Of a stretch of 64,000 bases of DNA, positions 27,901 through 40,700 are shown piece by piece (position 1 is the first letter of the stretch; every line of letters starts with the position of its first letter). The translations under genes were made by a program, and so were the position numbers. The notes below the pieces were generated by a model, which was given only the letters and a program-made list of their open reading frames with translations, was not told the DNA's origin and made no database searches. Origin of the DNA: Octopus bimaculoides. Taxonomy: Eukaryota. The stretch lies in NCBI RefSeq assembly GCF_001194135.2, contig NC_068984.1:104227187-104291186 (forward strand), given 5' to 3'.

Positions 27901-28699
27901 TAATACTGTGTAATTGGATAGGAGGTGATTGGTGGTAGTGGGAACTGAGTGTTGCCAATATTAATGAAAATCTTGAACGACTTGGACCCAATCCACAGCA
28001 TAGAAATAATGTAGTGTCCACAATAGATAGGGCCACTATGCTGGCCATCACAATACAGTCATATGACTCATCTGTCTTTATGAAATCACAAGAAACTAAT
28101 AAGGCATCCTCTTTGAAGCCTCCAGGAATTTACTCACATTTTAAAAGTAGGTAAAGAAAATTCTTGATTTTTATCTTCTGATTTAACATTCTACCTATTT
28201 TTTTTTAGTTTCTTTTCTAAAATCTTGTGATGACAAATTTTAGCTGATTAATATTCTAACCCTAACCCTCTCAAAATATCCATTTCACATTTGCTAATTT
28301 AAATGATACCTAAATAGTGTTCAGATTTTTTTCAGATCACACCCTTACTGTTAAAAGAAACCATTGAGTATTGAATAATGTAGTCCTAGATGGACATAGA
28401 TGGAATAATTTATAATTAAGTTTGTAGGATTGAGGTTGACTTGGGGCTAAAGAACAAAATGTAAAAATTATATTTCAAACAAAATGTAGCACTGCTACAA
28501 TGATTAACTAAATGTTTTGCTTCAATATTTTTAGAATTTTAGGAGTAAATGTATTCAATAATTTGTTTTCATGTCCTATTGTACATTGTACACTGTTGGT
28601 CACATGATAATATCTAAAAGCCCAAACTCATTCTTTAAGGTTCTTGTTTGAAAAGAGGTTTATAATATAATTTTATCTTTAATTCTTAAACTAGCATTA

Positions 28700-28735
<36 letters not shown>

Positions 28736-31700
28736 GAATACATTTTGTTTACATGATTTTGTTTGAAAAGTTTTAAGCTAAAGAGACAGCAGCAGCAGCA
28801 TGTGTTTAATTTTTGCTGTAGAATAATTTATAACTTGCTTGCATGGTCCTTATTTGGACATGTGCATGTTTTGGTTGGAATCATACTTAAAAGTAGTTAA
28901 ATGAAATTAATTAATTTTCTGACCTTGCTAGTCTGTTTTCTTAAAAAATTTTTTTTTGTAAATTTTGTGATGATAATTTTTAGCCAATATATTAAATACA
29001 TGAATTCAAAAATTTATGGATCAAAAATGTATTTAATAAACCATACCCAATTTTATGTTCTCAAATTTAAATGATATCAAAATAATGGGATACAAATAAA
29101 CATATTGAACTTAATTAAAAATCAAATCATTGTTGATTAGTGATTGTAATTTAATTTTTTTAACAGATAATTAATATTATAATGAACACTTTGCTTGCAT
29201 TGTAGAGTAATTGGCTGGGTAGAATGTTGTCATATGGCTTTTGTTTCATTCTGTCATCATTCAGATTACCTACAAACTATTGCTCAAGTTCCTTTGTTGT
29301 AAATGAAACTATAAGAAATTTATCATAGTAATGTTTTTACAGTGTCTTTAATTTAGATTGGGTTTATTTCTAAACCTGATTCAACTGAAATTTAAAGTGA
29401 AGATTTAATAGGAGTGGGTGTTTAGATCTCTTTATTGTATTGTTTCTCTCTTCAGTTTTAACATATAAAGTTTAGCCTTTAAATAATATACGACAAAGAG
29501 AAATAAATAAATTTGTATTTTTGAAGTTTGTGGTCTTGTCTGCCTGTTTCTCTAAATTTCAACTAATATAAAACTTTTAATATAATATTTGAATATAACC
29601 AAAGGGTATGTTAAATATTCTTTGTCATTCCCTTGTTTTTAGTATATTAATGTTTATACATCTACATGTTTTAATGTAGTCAATGAAATAGTTATAATGA
29701 AAGTACACTTACAGTTTGTATATATAGTGTTTTCTTGCTAGAAAATGTATTTGTGGCTTATGATGAATAAGTTTTCATCCGTTTTTCAAAGTGTGACAAC
29801 AATTTAAAAAACAAAACAAAACAAACTGAAGGCAACAAATATGTCTCTTGTGAAGTTTTCATCAGAACATCCCATGACTTTTTGATGACCTGGTCAGACA
29901 TTTAGTGTTTTTCCTTCCTGCATGTATTGTTGTAGTTATGTCACACTGTTTTTGATGCATGTGAGTTGTTTATCAAATTTATTCACATTTTGCATAGATA
30001 TGTTGCAGATTTATTATTATCATTATTATAAGTGTATGTTTTAAATTCCTATATCATTAAATAATCTATAAGGGATTAATGCCCTCTTTGTTGTGTTAAT
30101 GAATTAACTGTCTATTGAATGTAAGTATATGTGTCATATTTTGCCTGATGCTTTTCTTCTATCACTTTTTCAGAAAATAAATAAATAAATAAAATTTCTT
30201 TAAGTTTGTTAATGTGAACATACTGAAATGTATTTGGTGAAATAATTTATTTTATTACAGAATCACTTATTGTTTAGTGAAACAACTTAGTCATTAAACT
30301 AGTGTTTAGAATGTAAATTAACATGAAATTTTGACTCTAAAACAAGGAATTTGTATTATAGAACCTGGGGCAGCTTTGGGCAGGTTGGTATCAAATGGGT
30401 TTAATCAACTATTTCAAAATCTATGACTTATACTTTATTGGAGTAATGGGTGGGGGAATCAGTAGAGTGCCAGACAAAATGTGCTGCAAGTTATATCCCT
30501 TTACATTCTACTTTCAAACACCTAAAGTTCATTTTGACATTCCATCCTGCCTTCTGAGATTGATATGATATACCAGTCAAATTGCATAATCAATGAAATG
30601 AGGGAGTATATCCCTTATCAAAAATTTATGGCCTTTTGTCAATTTAAACTGATACAATATTTAGTTTTGATCGTTTTGGCTGAGTTCAAATGTCATTAGA
30701 AATTATTTCTGTTGTTTCTTCTCAAATCAGCAAATTAATGTTAATATATCATCATCAATTCAATTCTTTGTAAAACATCCAATAAAACCTAAATTTTTGT
30801 GCTCTAATGAAAATGTCATAAGCATTCTTAGTTTGAATTATTGCAGGTTAGAAGATGGAGAAAAAAACAAAGTAATCATTCAATGACTATTATTTTTAAT
30901 GGAATACATTAGTTGTATATTTCAATTAGTTTTGAATATATTCTGGAATTTTTGTGAAAAACTAATGTTTTTCATTATTAAGTTGTTAACAATGTGTTTT
31001 ACATAAAATTATGAGAGGCTTTAACTAGGAATGCTTAAAAATGAGAAGTTTTAGTATCAGAACTGAGGCTTGTATCAATGGGTGAGGCTACCAGAATCCA
31101 CCTCCAATTATACTGAAGTCACACAGTTGCACATACATAAGTATCCCTAGGCATTGTTCTACCCTTCTCTTCAGCTTCACTTCTTTCTTATTTTCTTTCC
31201 TTGTTGCAGGTTTTTTTTTTTTCACTTTCCCTTTATTCTCTCTCTCTCTCTCTCTTTTTTTTAGTTTAACACCTAACACTTTTGATGCTAACCTTTCTGA
31301 AACTCAACACCCCAAGTTCTATGTTAAAAATCTTCCTATGATCTAAGTTAAAACCTAAATTAAAACCTACCAACATATTTCATGTTAATTTATATTCCAA
31401 CTTGATAATGACAGTTATTTTATTAAATTTTTTGTTTTTTAATAAATTAATTGATAGATAGGCTGTGTATTTGAACAGAAATATTTTGACAAAAGCATTA
31501 AAATAAATTATTGAAATAAGTTATTAATGTGTTAAATAAAATTATATTTGGTACACTTTAAGTTATATTAATGAATTCTGTACAAAAGTGACTTTGACTT
31601 ACATTTTTACTATTGTCATTTTACTGTTTATAAAACAATTTTTGAATTTGTCTTGTTTCATTTGACAGTGGTTCACAAAAAAAAAAAAAAATTCTTTAAA

Positions 31701-34700
31701 TGCTAACACTGTAATGATAAAGGGATTTTAAAGAATTAAAAAAATTGTTTTTATTCAAACTAGGGAATACTAGTCTCATTGGTTATGGGTTTCCAATGTG
31801 CCAATCACTTATTCACTGCTTTTCTGATGGTGAAAATGACAAGGAAGTGCCTGTATCTTGATTCAGAACAAATATCCCAGAGGACGGTGTTCACAAAGCA
31901 CAATTTTATATCCTTCACTAAAATGCACAGATGCACTCAGTTGGCTTCTACACAGTTTCCATCCAAGACATTGGTTAACCCAAAGCTATAACAGAACATA
32001 CTTGCCCAAGGTACCATACTGTAGGATTGAACTCAGGGCCATATGGGTATGAAGCAAGCTTCTTAGCTGCACAGTTGTGTTGCTTGTTGTTGCAAACAAC
32101 TTATGTAATATATATAAATTGGATTCTATAAATTAGGTTAACTTTAATCTAATTATGCTAACATAATTAGCCTATGTTAATTATATATCAGTAATTAATG
32201 ATTATATACTTACAATCTTTATTTATAACATTTAAATACAAAGAAATAGGAAAAAAGAGGGATAAGAAAGGAAAAGAAAACAAGGTTAGGGTGTAAAGCA
32301 GCAGGGGAGAGGGTAATGGGCCACATACCCTAGAACAAATGGTGTGGTTAGTCATGGAGAATGGCTGGCGGCATTTGCTGCAGCAGCCATTCCACCTCAC
32401 AGGGCTCATTTCTTCAATGGGCCACTGTCATCCCTATTTTTCAGAGGAAACCCTATACTATGAGATCCACTATATCATATATTGAGGAGTAGAACAAATA
32501 CAAGATAACAAACTGGTTTAGTCAAGTTTTTGTTTTGTATGTTTGCGGGAAGAGTGAACTGGGAGAGGGATAACTGAAGAAGAAAAAATAGTCCTTCAGA
32601 TAAATGTTACTATTATAGTCTTCCAAACTCAAGATGTTTGATGTTTTATTAGGCTGTGTGACTTTTTTTTATATTATGATACTTTTGATTAGGTAAGAGA
32701 TGCTGCCTTAAATGTCTGAATTTATATTGAAGTATTTTTTCATATAATCAATCTGGTATAAAAAAAAAAAGGCAATGGGAATAAATTAATATGTAATCTA
32801 TTGCAGTTAATATTACATGTTTGATTCTAGAAATGTTTGTTAATTATACTTACCTGAATTATTGTAATGATGTTCTTGATTAGAAATATCTTACTTACCA
32901 AACATGCTTTCTTCAGGGTATGCACGAACTTTTAGCACCATTAATATTTGTACTACACTGTGATCATCAAGCATTCCTCCATGCGTGTGAAATAGAAAGT
33001 ATTGGGTAAGTAATTTTTTTGTTACTTTTAATTGGTTTTATTTTATTCAAATTACAATATGATAAGACCATCTTGTGGGTTTGCTTTCTGGATTATTATT
33101 GTTGCAGTTTGAGCTGGAGTGGCCAATAGCTTTAACTTAAATTGAAATAGGATTACCCTGTCTTTTCCAGGGTACTTAAGCAATTTGAAATAGTTGCCCT
33201 GTTTTGGATATTTTACAGACAACATTGATTATAATAATTGGAACCTTTAATGTAAAATCTTTCAGTGTAATTAACTAATTATACTAACTTCTCATGAATA
33301 CTTTGAAATGTCAAGTATTCCAATCAAATCAAATGTTATATTGTTGGATTTCCTTTATCCTAACATTATTATTACCTCCTTCTATTGTGTTCAAATCTCT
33401 TTTATGTTGCCTTTCTTTTGAAAGCTTGATTTATCTAACCCTTTAGCATTTAAACTGGCCATTTCTGGCCCAAAATGTTCTACCTGTTTTGTGGTCAAAG
33501 TGGTCAAATCTGGCCTCTTACACCTACCTGACAGTGTCATTCAAATCATATTTACATCATCAAAATCTCAAAGCTATGATTAATTCAAAACAATGTGAAT
33601 GAATAAGTATTACAATTGACAGAAACCTGAATGCTAAAGGGTTAAACATTCATTCTATAAAGTCATTGTTCTCATTCACTTCCTAAAACTTAACACAGGT
33701 ACTTTACTAGTGATGAAACATAATTTAATTTTGTTTCTTTTTAATAGTCATTAATCATTGCACTGTAAACTATTTGCTCAAATTTCCAGTTCAGTGTCTT
33801 GTAAATAGGGTAGAAGTAGTTTATAAACCTTACTCAAAGGAACTAAAGAGAAAATGTTGAGTTTTGAATTTCTTGGACTAAGGCACCAAAACCCTATTCA
33901 TTTAGATTTTTGTTTTTGACATTTCAATTTCTTAATTGTAAATTATAACTCAACAGTTGTTACAAGATTTATGTGATTCTTAGTGTTAAAAGTATATTTT
34001 TTCTTTTGTTGGTAAAGAATGTTTGAGAAAGTTGGTAACTGTATTGGATGACAGAATGTAAACTTATTTATTGCTTTTTATTGCTGATAATTTGTAGCTT
34101 GATTTTTTTTTTCTTCAGTTGCTTAATTTTTTTTTTTGTTTTTTTTTTTTTGTGATCGTTGTTTTAACATCTTTCAGCCTTACACAAATTACCGAGAGGT
34201 TAGCATTTTGATTCTAATTGCTTTCTTTCATTTATGCTGCTTTGCTGGTTCTGGACTTTAACAACATTTCTTGACAAAAACATGTTTTCCTATGATGAAT
34301 GTCTTTTCTGAAGAATTACCTGAATGCACTGGAATTAGTTACCAATTTTCTCTGAATTTTTTAATCTTATTGTTTATGTCAAAACTACTAGGAATTTTAG
34401 GTTTATTTTTTTTCTTTGCATGCCTATTTTTTCTTTACAAGTGCCTTGTTTTCCTTCCATTTCCTGGTAGACTCTTCAAACTATCTTTCATATATAAAAA
34501 CACTACAATATTCACATAAGCTTTTTTATATTTAGTTATTTTTTGGTTAACTTTTGTTTTTAAACCTTTACTTTAGAAATTACTTTTAAATATTTGAATA
34601 TTAATAACTTAGTAAATAATAATAATGCATTTGATTGAATACAAATTCTTAAAAATAAATTTATAAATAAAAGTAAACATTAATTTTCCTAAAATCTAGG

Positions 34701-37700
34701 GTACATCATTTAAACTTGTTTGTATTGAGATATTTGGAAGAATCCACATACAAACAATTGAATTAACTTTCTGATTATAAATGAGGTTTAACAATTTTTT
34801 GTGTATTAGTTATTGGAGTGGGGGTCATAGATAAGTTGTATATCAAATACTTATGGGAAAAATAATTTTTCACGAGAAGTTAACTCTTTCATTACATTCT
34901 TAGTCAAATATACTTCATGTATTTTACTTAACTTTGGAAATAATCAAGAATTTTAAGAGATTTAGTAAATTATCAATCAGTTTTATATTACATTGATGAT
35001 TGGAAACAAAGTTTCATGTATGATATTATGGTGGAATGTTTTGTATGGTAAAAACACAATCTCAGGCTGGTTGGTATCAAAAGGTTTAGAAACATTTTTA
35101 AATGTTGATATTAAAATTTTTCACATTTTGAAGGGTTCTGTGTATGTTTTTGGAAGGATTATATCTTTAAAAAGATTGGAAATGCCAGTATTTCTCTCTC
35201 CATCTATCTGTTTCTCTGATTTTCATTTTGAAAATATCAAGTTACTTTCATTTGATATTTTTAGAAGAAAGCATGCAATTTTTATATGTCTATTGTAAAA
35301 TAAGCCCATTCTATTTGTTTTAAACATAAATATACTTCAGCAACCTGAACAAAATTTTTAGATGAAAATCATTTAAAATCCATCCATCTTTTCTACTTAT
35401 TATTTCTGGGATGATCATGGGGGTAAAGTCTTCAGGTACTTCTTTCATAGGTTCTTGTCAGAAATAACCATCTTTAGATTTTCCCGCTGGATTCCCAAGA
35501 GTGACCAACTGAGACTATGGATATTATCCAACCGTCTTGTTTTTGGTCTACCACAAAGTCTCCTGCTGGTTGGCTCATCTTGAAGAATCGGTTTTGCAAG
35601 TCTTTTCTTTGACATTCTAATCACATGTCCATTGTGTTGGAGCTGTAACCTCTCAGTGCTGAGAAGTAACAGCTCGACCCAGAGAAACTCCCTGATCTCG
35701 GAGTTATGTATCCTGTTGAGTAATGTTAATCCAGAGATCATTCAAAGGAACTCCATTTTGGCTGTTTGTATTTGCAATTGTACACTTTTGGTCATTACCC
35801 AATGAAGATAGTGTGTTTGGTTTTTCTTTTCCAACCTTGTCTCTTCTGAGGATTGATTGCTGGAACTGGTGCATTACTATGCCAGCCCCTGCAATTCTAG
35901 CATCCACTTCAGCCTCCTGCTTCTTATCACTCAAGGATACAGCCTTGAGGTACTTATACTTCGCTGCTTGTCTCAGTGATGTTGAATTAACATGCAGAGT
36001 GCACTGGGAAGACTTTCATGAGGGGAACCAATGTCTCAGTCTTTGCAATACTAATTCTCATCCCTCCCTACCTCACAGTATTTCAAAATAATAATAATGA
36101 GTGGGTGCAAACTCTTAGAAGTTGAAGTTTATTATTTCCCTATTATTTGATTTCCACAAACAGTTTACATTACTGCAGTTCTGAGGCTGGGCTTCAGCAC
36201 TTTCTTTATAAATTTCTTTCTAGATAAACAAAATTGAAGTAAATAAAAGTAAATTTCCTTACTTTTTTGAAATAAAATTCTCTGCATGTTATTGCTAGTA
36301 TGAGAAAGTAAAAGTAGATATTAGGATTAAAGCATCAGTGGTGATGATATACAAAACCCCATAATTTATTTTAAAATATATATATCTATTTTATTGTATG
36401 GTATATCTTCAATCTTCTTTCTTTGTTATATTATTTCCTCTTTTATTGAGATCATCAATTACTCATTCTCTTTATTTTTACAACACTCCAAACTGTATTC
36501 ACATTAGTTGCAATAGGATGATGTTTCAGACCTTTTAGTTTGTATTTTAACTCTTGTAGCTGCACTGGTTGATGGGATTGCTTATTAAATTTGCTTTCGT
36601 TGACAATACATCTTGACATTTCAACCATTCATCACATCTTGTCAAGTTGATAATTTTTTAACATAATCCTAACTATAAAAATTGAATCTTTAGGCTTCTT
36701 AAATTATTGCTTAGTTATTACTGTCATTAATATTCAATCATTGAACTGTGGTCAGGCTGGAGCATTGCATTCTATGGATATGTTGATTACAGTGGTTCCA
36801 GTACTTTTAGTAATTGGCACTTTCTTCAAAAATCTTGGAAGGATGGCAGGCAAAGTAAACCCGGGCAGAATTTAAGCTCAAAACATAAAGGGATGTAACT
36901 AAATACTATGAGATATTTTGTTTGCTGCTCTACTGCTTGTGCCATTCTGACATGTTAAATAATTTAATAAAGATGTTTTTTATTTGCCCATGATACATGA
37001 TGAGATGGTTCTGGCAAAGTAAACCTTTGTATCAGAACAGACATCCTGCAGTTAGAAATGCTCCAGTCCATTATTTATTGATATTATCTCTGTCCTTTCT
37101 GTAATCTCACAAAGGATCCATTTATACACATAAGATCATATTGTGCATTATATTGAATGTATTCCTCTTTATCTGTTGCATCTTCTGCCACTTTACTGTA
37201 CAATTTTCAAAAGGAATTGTGTGTGATTGCAATAACAAGAAAATAGAGTTGTAATAGTTATGCATGATAGGGAGTTAAAGAAGGGAGTAGGGTGGGAGAG
37301 AGATCATCATCATAACATCTACATTTCCATGCTTGTATGGGTCAGCTGGAGTTTATGAGGGCAGTTTTTCTACAACCAGATGCGTTTCTTGTCACCAATC
37401 CTTACCTGTTTCAGAGTAAGGTAATATTTCCCTATGGCAAGACATTTTTCCACAGAATATTGAATAACATTCATTTATAATAATCACTTGCTGTCTGTCC
37501 AAGGAGAGAGAGAGAGAGAGACAGACACACACACACACACACACACACACCTACCTACCTTTCAGTTTCCAATCACTTTGTCCAAGATGCCACACAATGG
37601 GACTGAAAATGGAATCACTCAGCCATGCCTGTGCCTAGATCAATATTATTTGAAAACTTAAGCCTATTTTAAATTTAGCTGGTTAAGTGCATTGCTTTAT

Positions 37701-40700
37701 GGCAGAAACAACTGTAAGCTAATGAAGCCAATTAGTCTATGATGGGGGTGGGGTTACATTTTTCACCAGGGAGGGTCCTTGTATTTAAGAGCAACCATGC
37801 ATCCCGCTGTCTGGTGAGAATGAAATCGATCTGGCTAGCAAAGTCACCGGATTGATAGGTTATCAGGTAGCTAGCTGGCTTCCCGAAGTTGGTATTGCAG
37901 ATTAATAGGTTATTTGCATTGCAGAACTCCAGGAGCCTAGTTCCCTCTTCATTTCTGGTACCAACTCCATGGCTCCCATGTACACCATGGAAGATACCAG
38001 ATTGCTGTCTGATATGCCCATTAAAATCTCCAGCTACAAAGATGAGGTCATTGTCACTCATCTTTGAGGTAGCCTACAGAAGAATATCATAAAAGTGATC
38101 CTTCTGTTCATTTGGTAGGCCTGCTTGTGGAGCATGGGCAGAGATAATTGTAGCTATACCATTCTGCAAGACTAGCCTGAGTTTAAGTACTCTATCATAC
38201 AACCTCACTACTTCTATGACCTTATCCACCCATTTCTCTGCAAGAAGTATGCCCACACTCCCTATTCCATCACTATTACCTTTCCAGAAGAGTTTATACC
38301 TATGTGCTTTGCCTGTGAGGACTCCTCTCCATCTTACCTCTTGTGCGCAACATACATCAACACGTCTCCATTCAAGCATCTCTACAATCTCGCTAGATCT
38401 ACCTTTCAATGTACCTATATTTAGAGTGCCAACTCTGAAAACTGGGAAAGAGATATGGGAGGTAACAGAGAGGAGAGATGTTATTCAGTACCTGAAAAGA
38501 AGGTTCTTGTGAATGTTTGGTAATAGGTATCATAATAGTTGTTCTTGCTTTTAACTTGCCGTCATTCAAACATGTTAGAGTTAAGGTTGTTACCTCTACT
38601 GGGGGTGGGGGGAGTGAGGAAGCATTGTATATGAAAAGGTTTGGAGCATTGTAAATATAAGCGTTATGAGCCTAGTGGGTGAAGCATTACTGATGCTGCA
38701 CATATAAATGTGTAAATAAATGAATAAATAAAAAATGGGCTACTATCTGGTTTAGTTAGTCTAGAGATGGTGGGGATAGAAAGGAGAGAGGGGAAGGGAC
38801 ACCTGAATGTCCAGTAAGAGAAAGATTTCTGGTAAGAGTGCAAGAGAAAGAGAATTCTGGTGTTGGTGGTGGGAGTGGGAAAAGGTGGTGCAACCACTGA
38901 TACGAAAGGTCATTTTAAGGGCTAGTACAAACAAGGAGTTATTTTATAGAAAAGTATGAAATAAGTATATACATGTAGCTAAGAAACAAGGTTAGTCATT
39001 GTAGGGTTAGAACAAACAAGAAAGAATTATTTTAGAGAATAAATGAGTTTGAATGAATGAATTATTTTAGAGAATAGATGAGTTTGAATGAATGAGGCAA
39101 TTAAAAAACAAGAGAGATTCTTAGTTTAGCTGTGCATATTTTCGAGTGTCATCAGCCGCCGAGCACATGGAATAAACTAACGAAAGTCTGAGAGAGGGGT
39201 AGGGGGACAGGTGTGGAGGTGACAGCTGGAAATGAAGAAGGTAGCCTTTGCCCTAAACTTCAAAGAGAAATAGCAGGGAGTAGCCATTGCAACAAGAGAT
39301 AAGAGAGATATAGACAGAAAAGAAAGAAATTTTAGTGAATGCTACAGAATACCTATATATATGTAGTCAAGAAACAAGGGAAGGGATTATTACTTTAGAG
39401 GGGGAGAGTACAAATTTGGAAGTTATTTGATGAGTTAATATAGAGGTTTACAGTTTATGAAAGGTCATTTTAAGGGCTAGAAAGAACAAGGAGTTATTTT
39501 AGAGAAAAGTACGAAATAAGTATATACATGTAGTATACATGTAGCCAAGAAACAAGTTTAGTCATTGTAGGGTTAGCACAAACAAGAAAGAGTTATTTTA
39601 GAGAATAGATGAGTTTGAATGAATGAGGAGATTAAAAACAAGAGAGATTCTTAGCTTAGCTGTACATATTTTTGAGTGTCATCAGCAAATAATTATAGTA
39701 TTTTTGTACACGTTACAAGTGGAGTTTAAATGTTGAATGACCAGTATTTATTTTCAAATTTTAATATTCAAATCAGAACCAGCATTTTTCAGCAGTTTTA
39801 CTAACTCTAATTCAACAAATCCTAATTGTATTTTATGAAAAGGTTTATTATAGATTGTATGGAGGTAAAGTGAGTAAATGGATAAGGACTCATGAGCTGT
39901 TAGTTCAAATCCCGTTGCAAGCATCTCGTGTTTCTGGCATTGATGCATAATTCTTCAAGCTTTAGTTTACTGGCTATTGATAACAAATCTTTCAGAAAGA
40001 AAACTCATGTTCAGCGGGAATTGTCTCTTATTCAGTTAGTGCTGCAATAACTGTAGTACAATAACATTATTGATAATCAACAAAGAACTAATTTTTTTTC
40101 TATTTTACAATTGTTGGTATAAACTGGAAGTTCCTTAAAAATCAGTAAATTCAACCAGCACCAACAGGCTTATTGGTTGTTTCAATCAGCTTTACATCAA
40201 CTGACCTAAGGTGTAAAATTAACCACCTGGACATTAGGGAATAACTGTCAAGTCTAGCTTACTAAACATGTCTTATTCAGTTTGGTTGACAACTATTTAA
40301 CACATTCTCTCATTCAGTGCTAAATAATATTCATCATCATCATCATCTTTTAACGTCCGCTTTCCATGCTAGCATGGGTTGGACAATTTGACTGAGGACT
40401 GGCAAGCCAGAAGGCTGCACCAGGCTCCACCCATTCGAAGACTTGTTACCTTCTAGAATTAGATTTACTTCCCAACACCAACATTCAGTTGTAGTGTGGA
40501 AGCAGTATGTAGTTTTTCAGTTTGACTTGAACAAATATTGTACTATATTGTACCTAAATTTGTTCTCTGTAACCTGTACTCTGTACCGCTTAATATGGTA
40601 CTGTACTCCAACATAAATTTGTTCCATCTCTAACCCTTATACTACACCATTTCATATGCTATGCCTGAACAAAGAATTTAAAATTTCTAAAAGTAGACTT

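Noticed and set aside
30540-30700. Open frame PSEIDMIYQSN faintly like exon B
   Set aside because: No suitable acceptor or YxQ-donor end; resemblance is at chance level.
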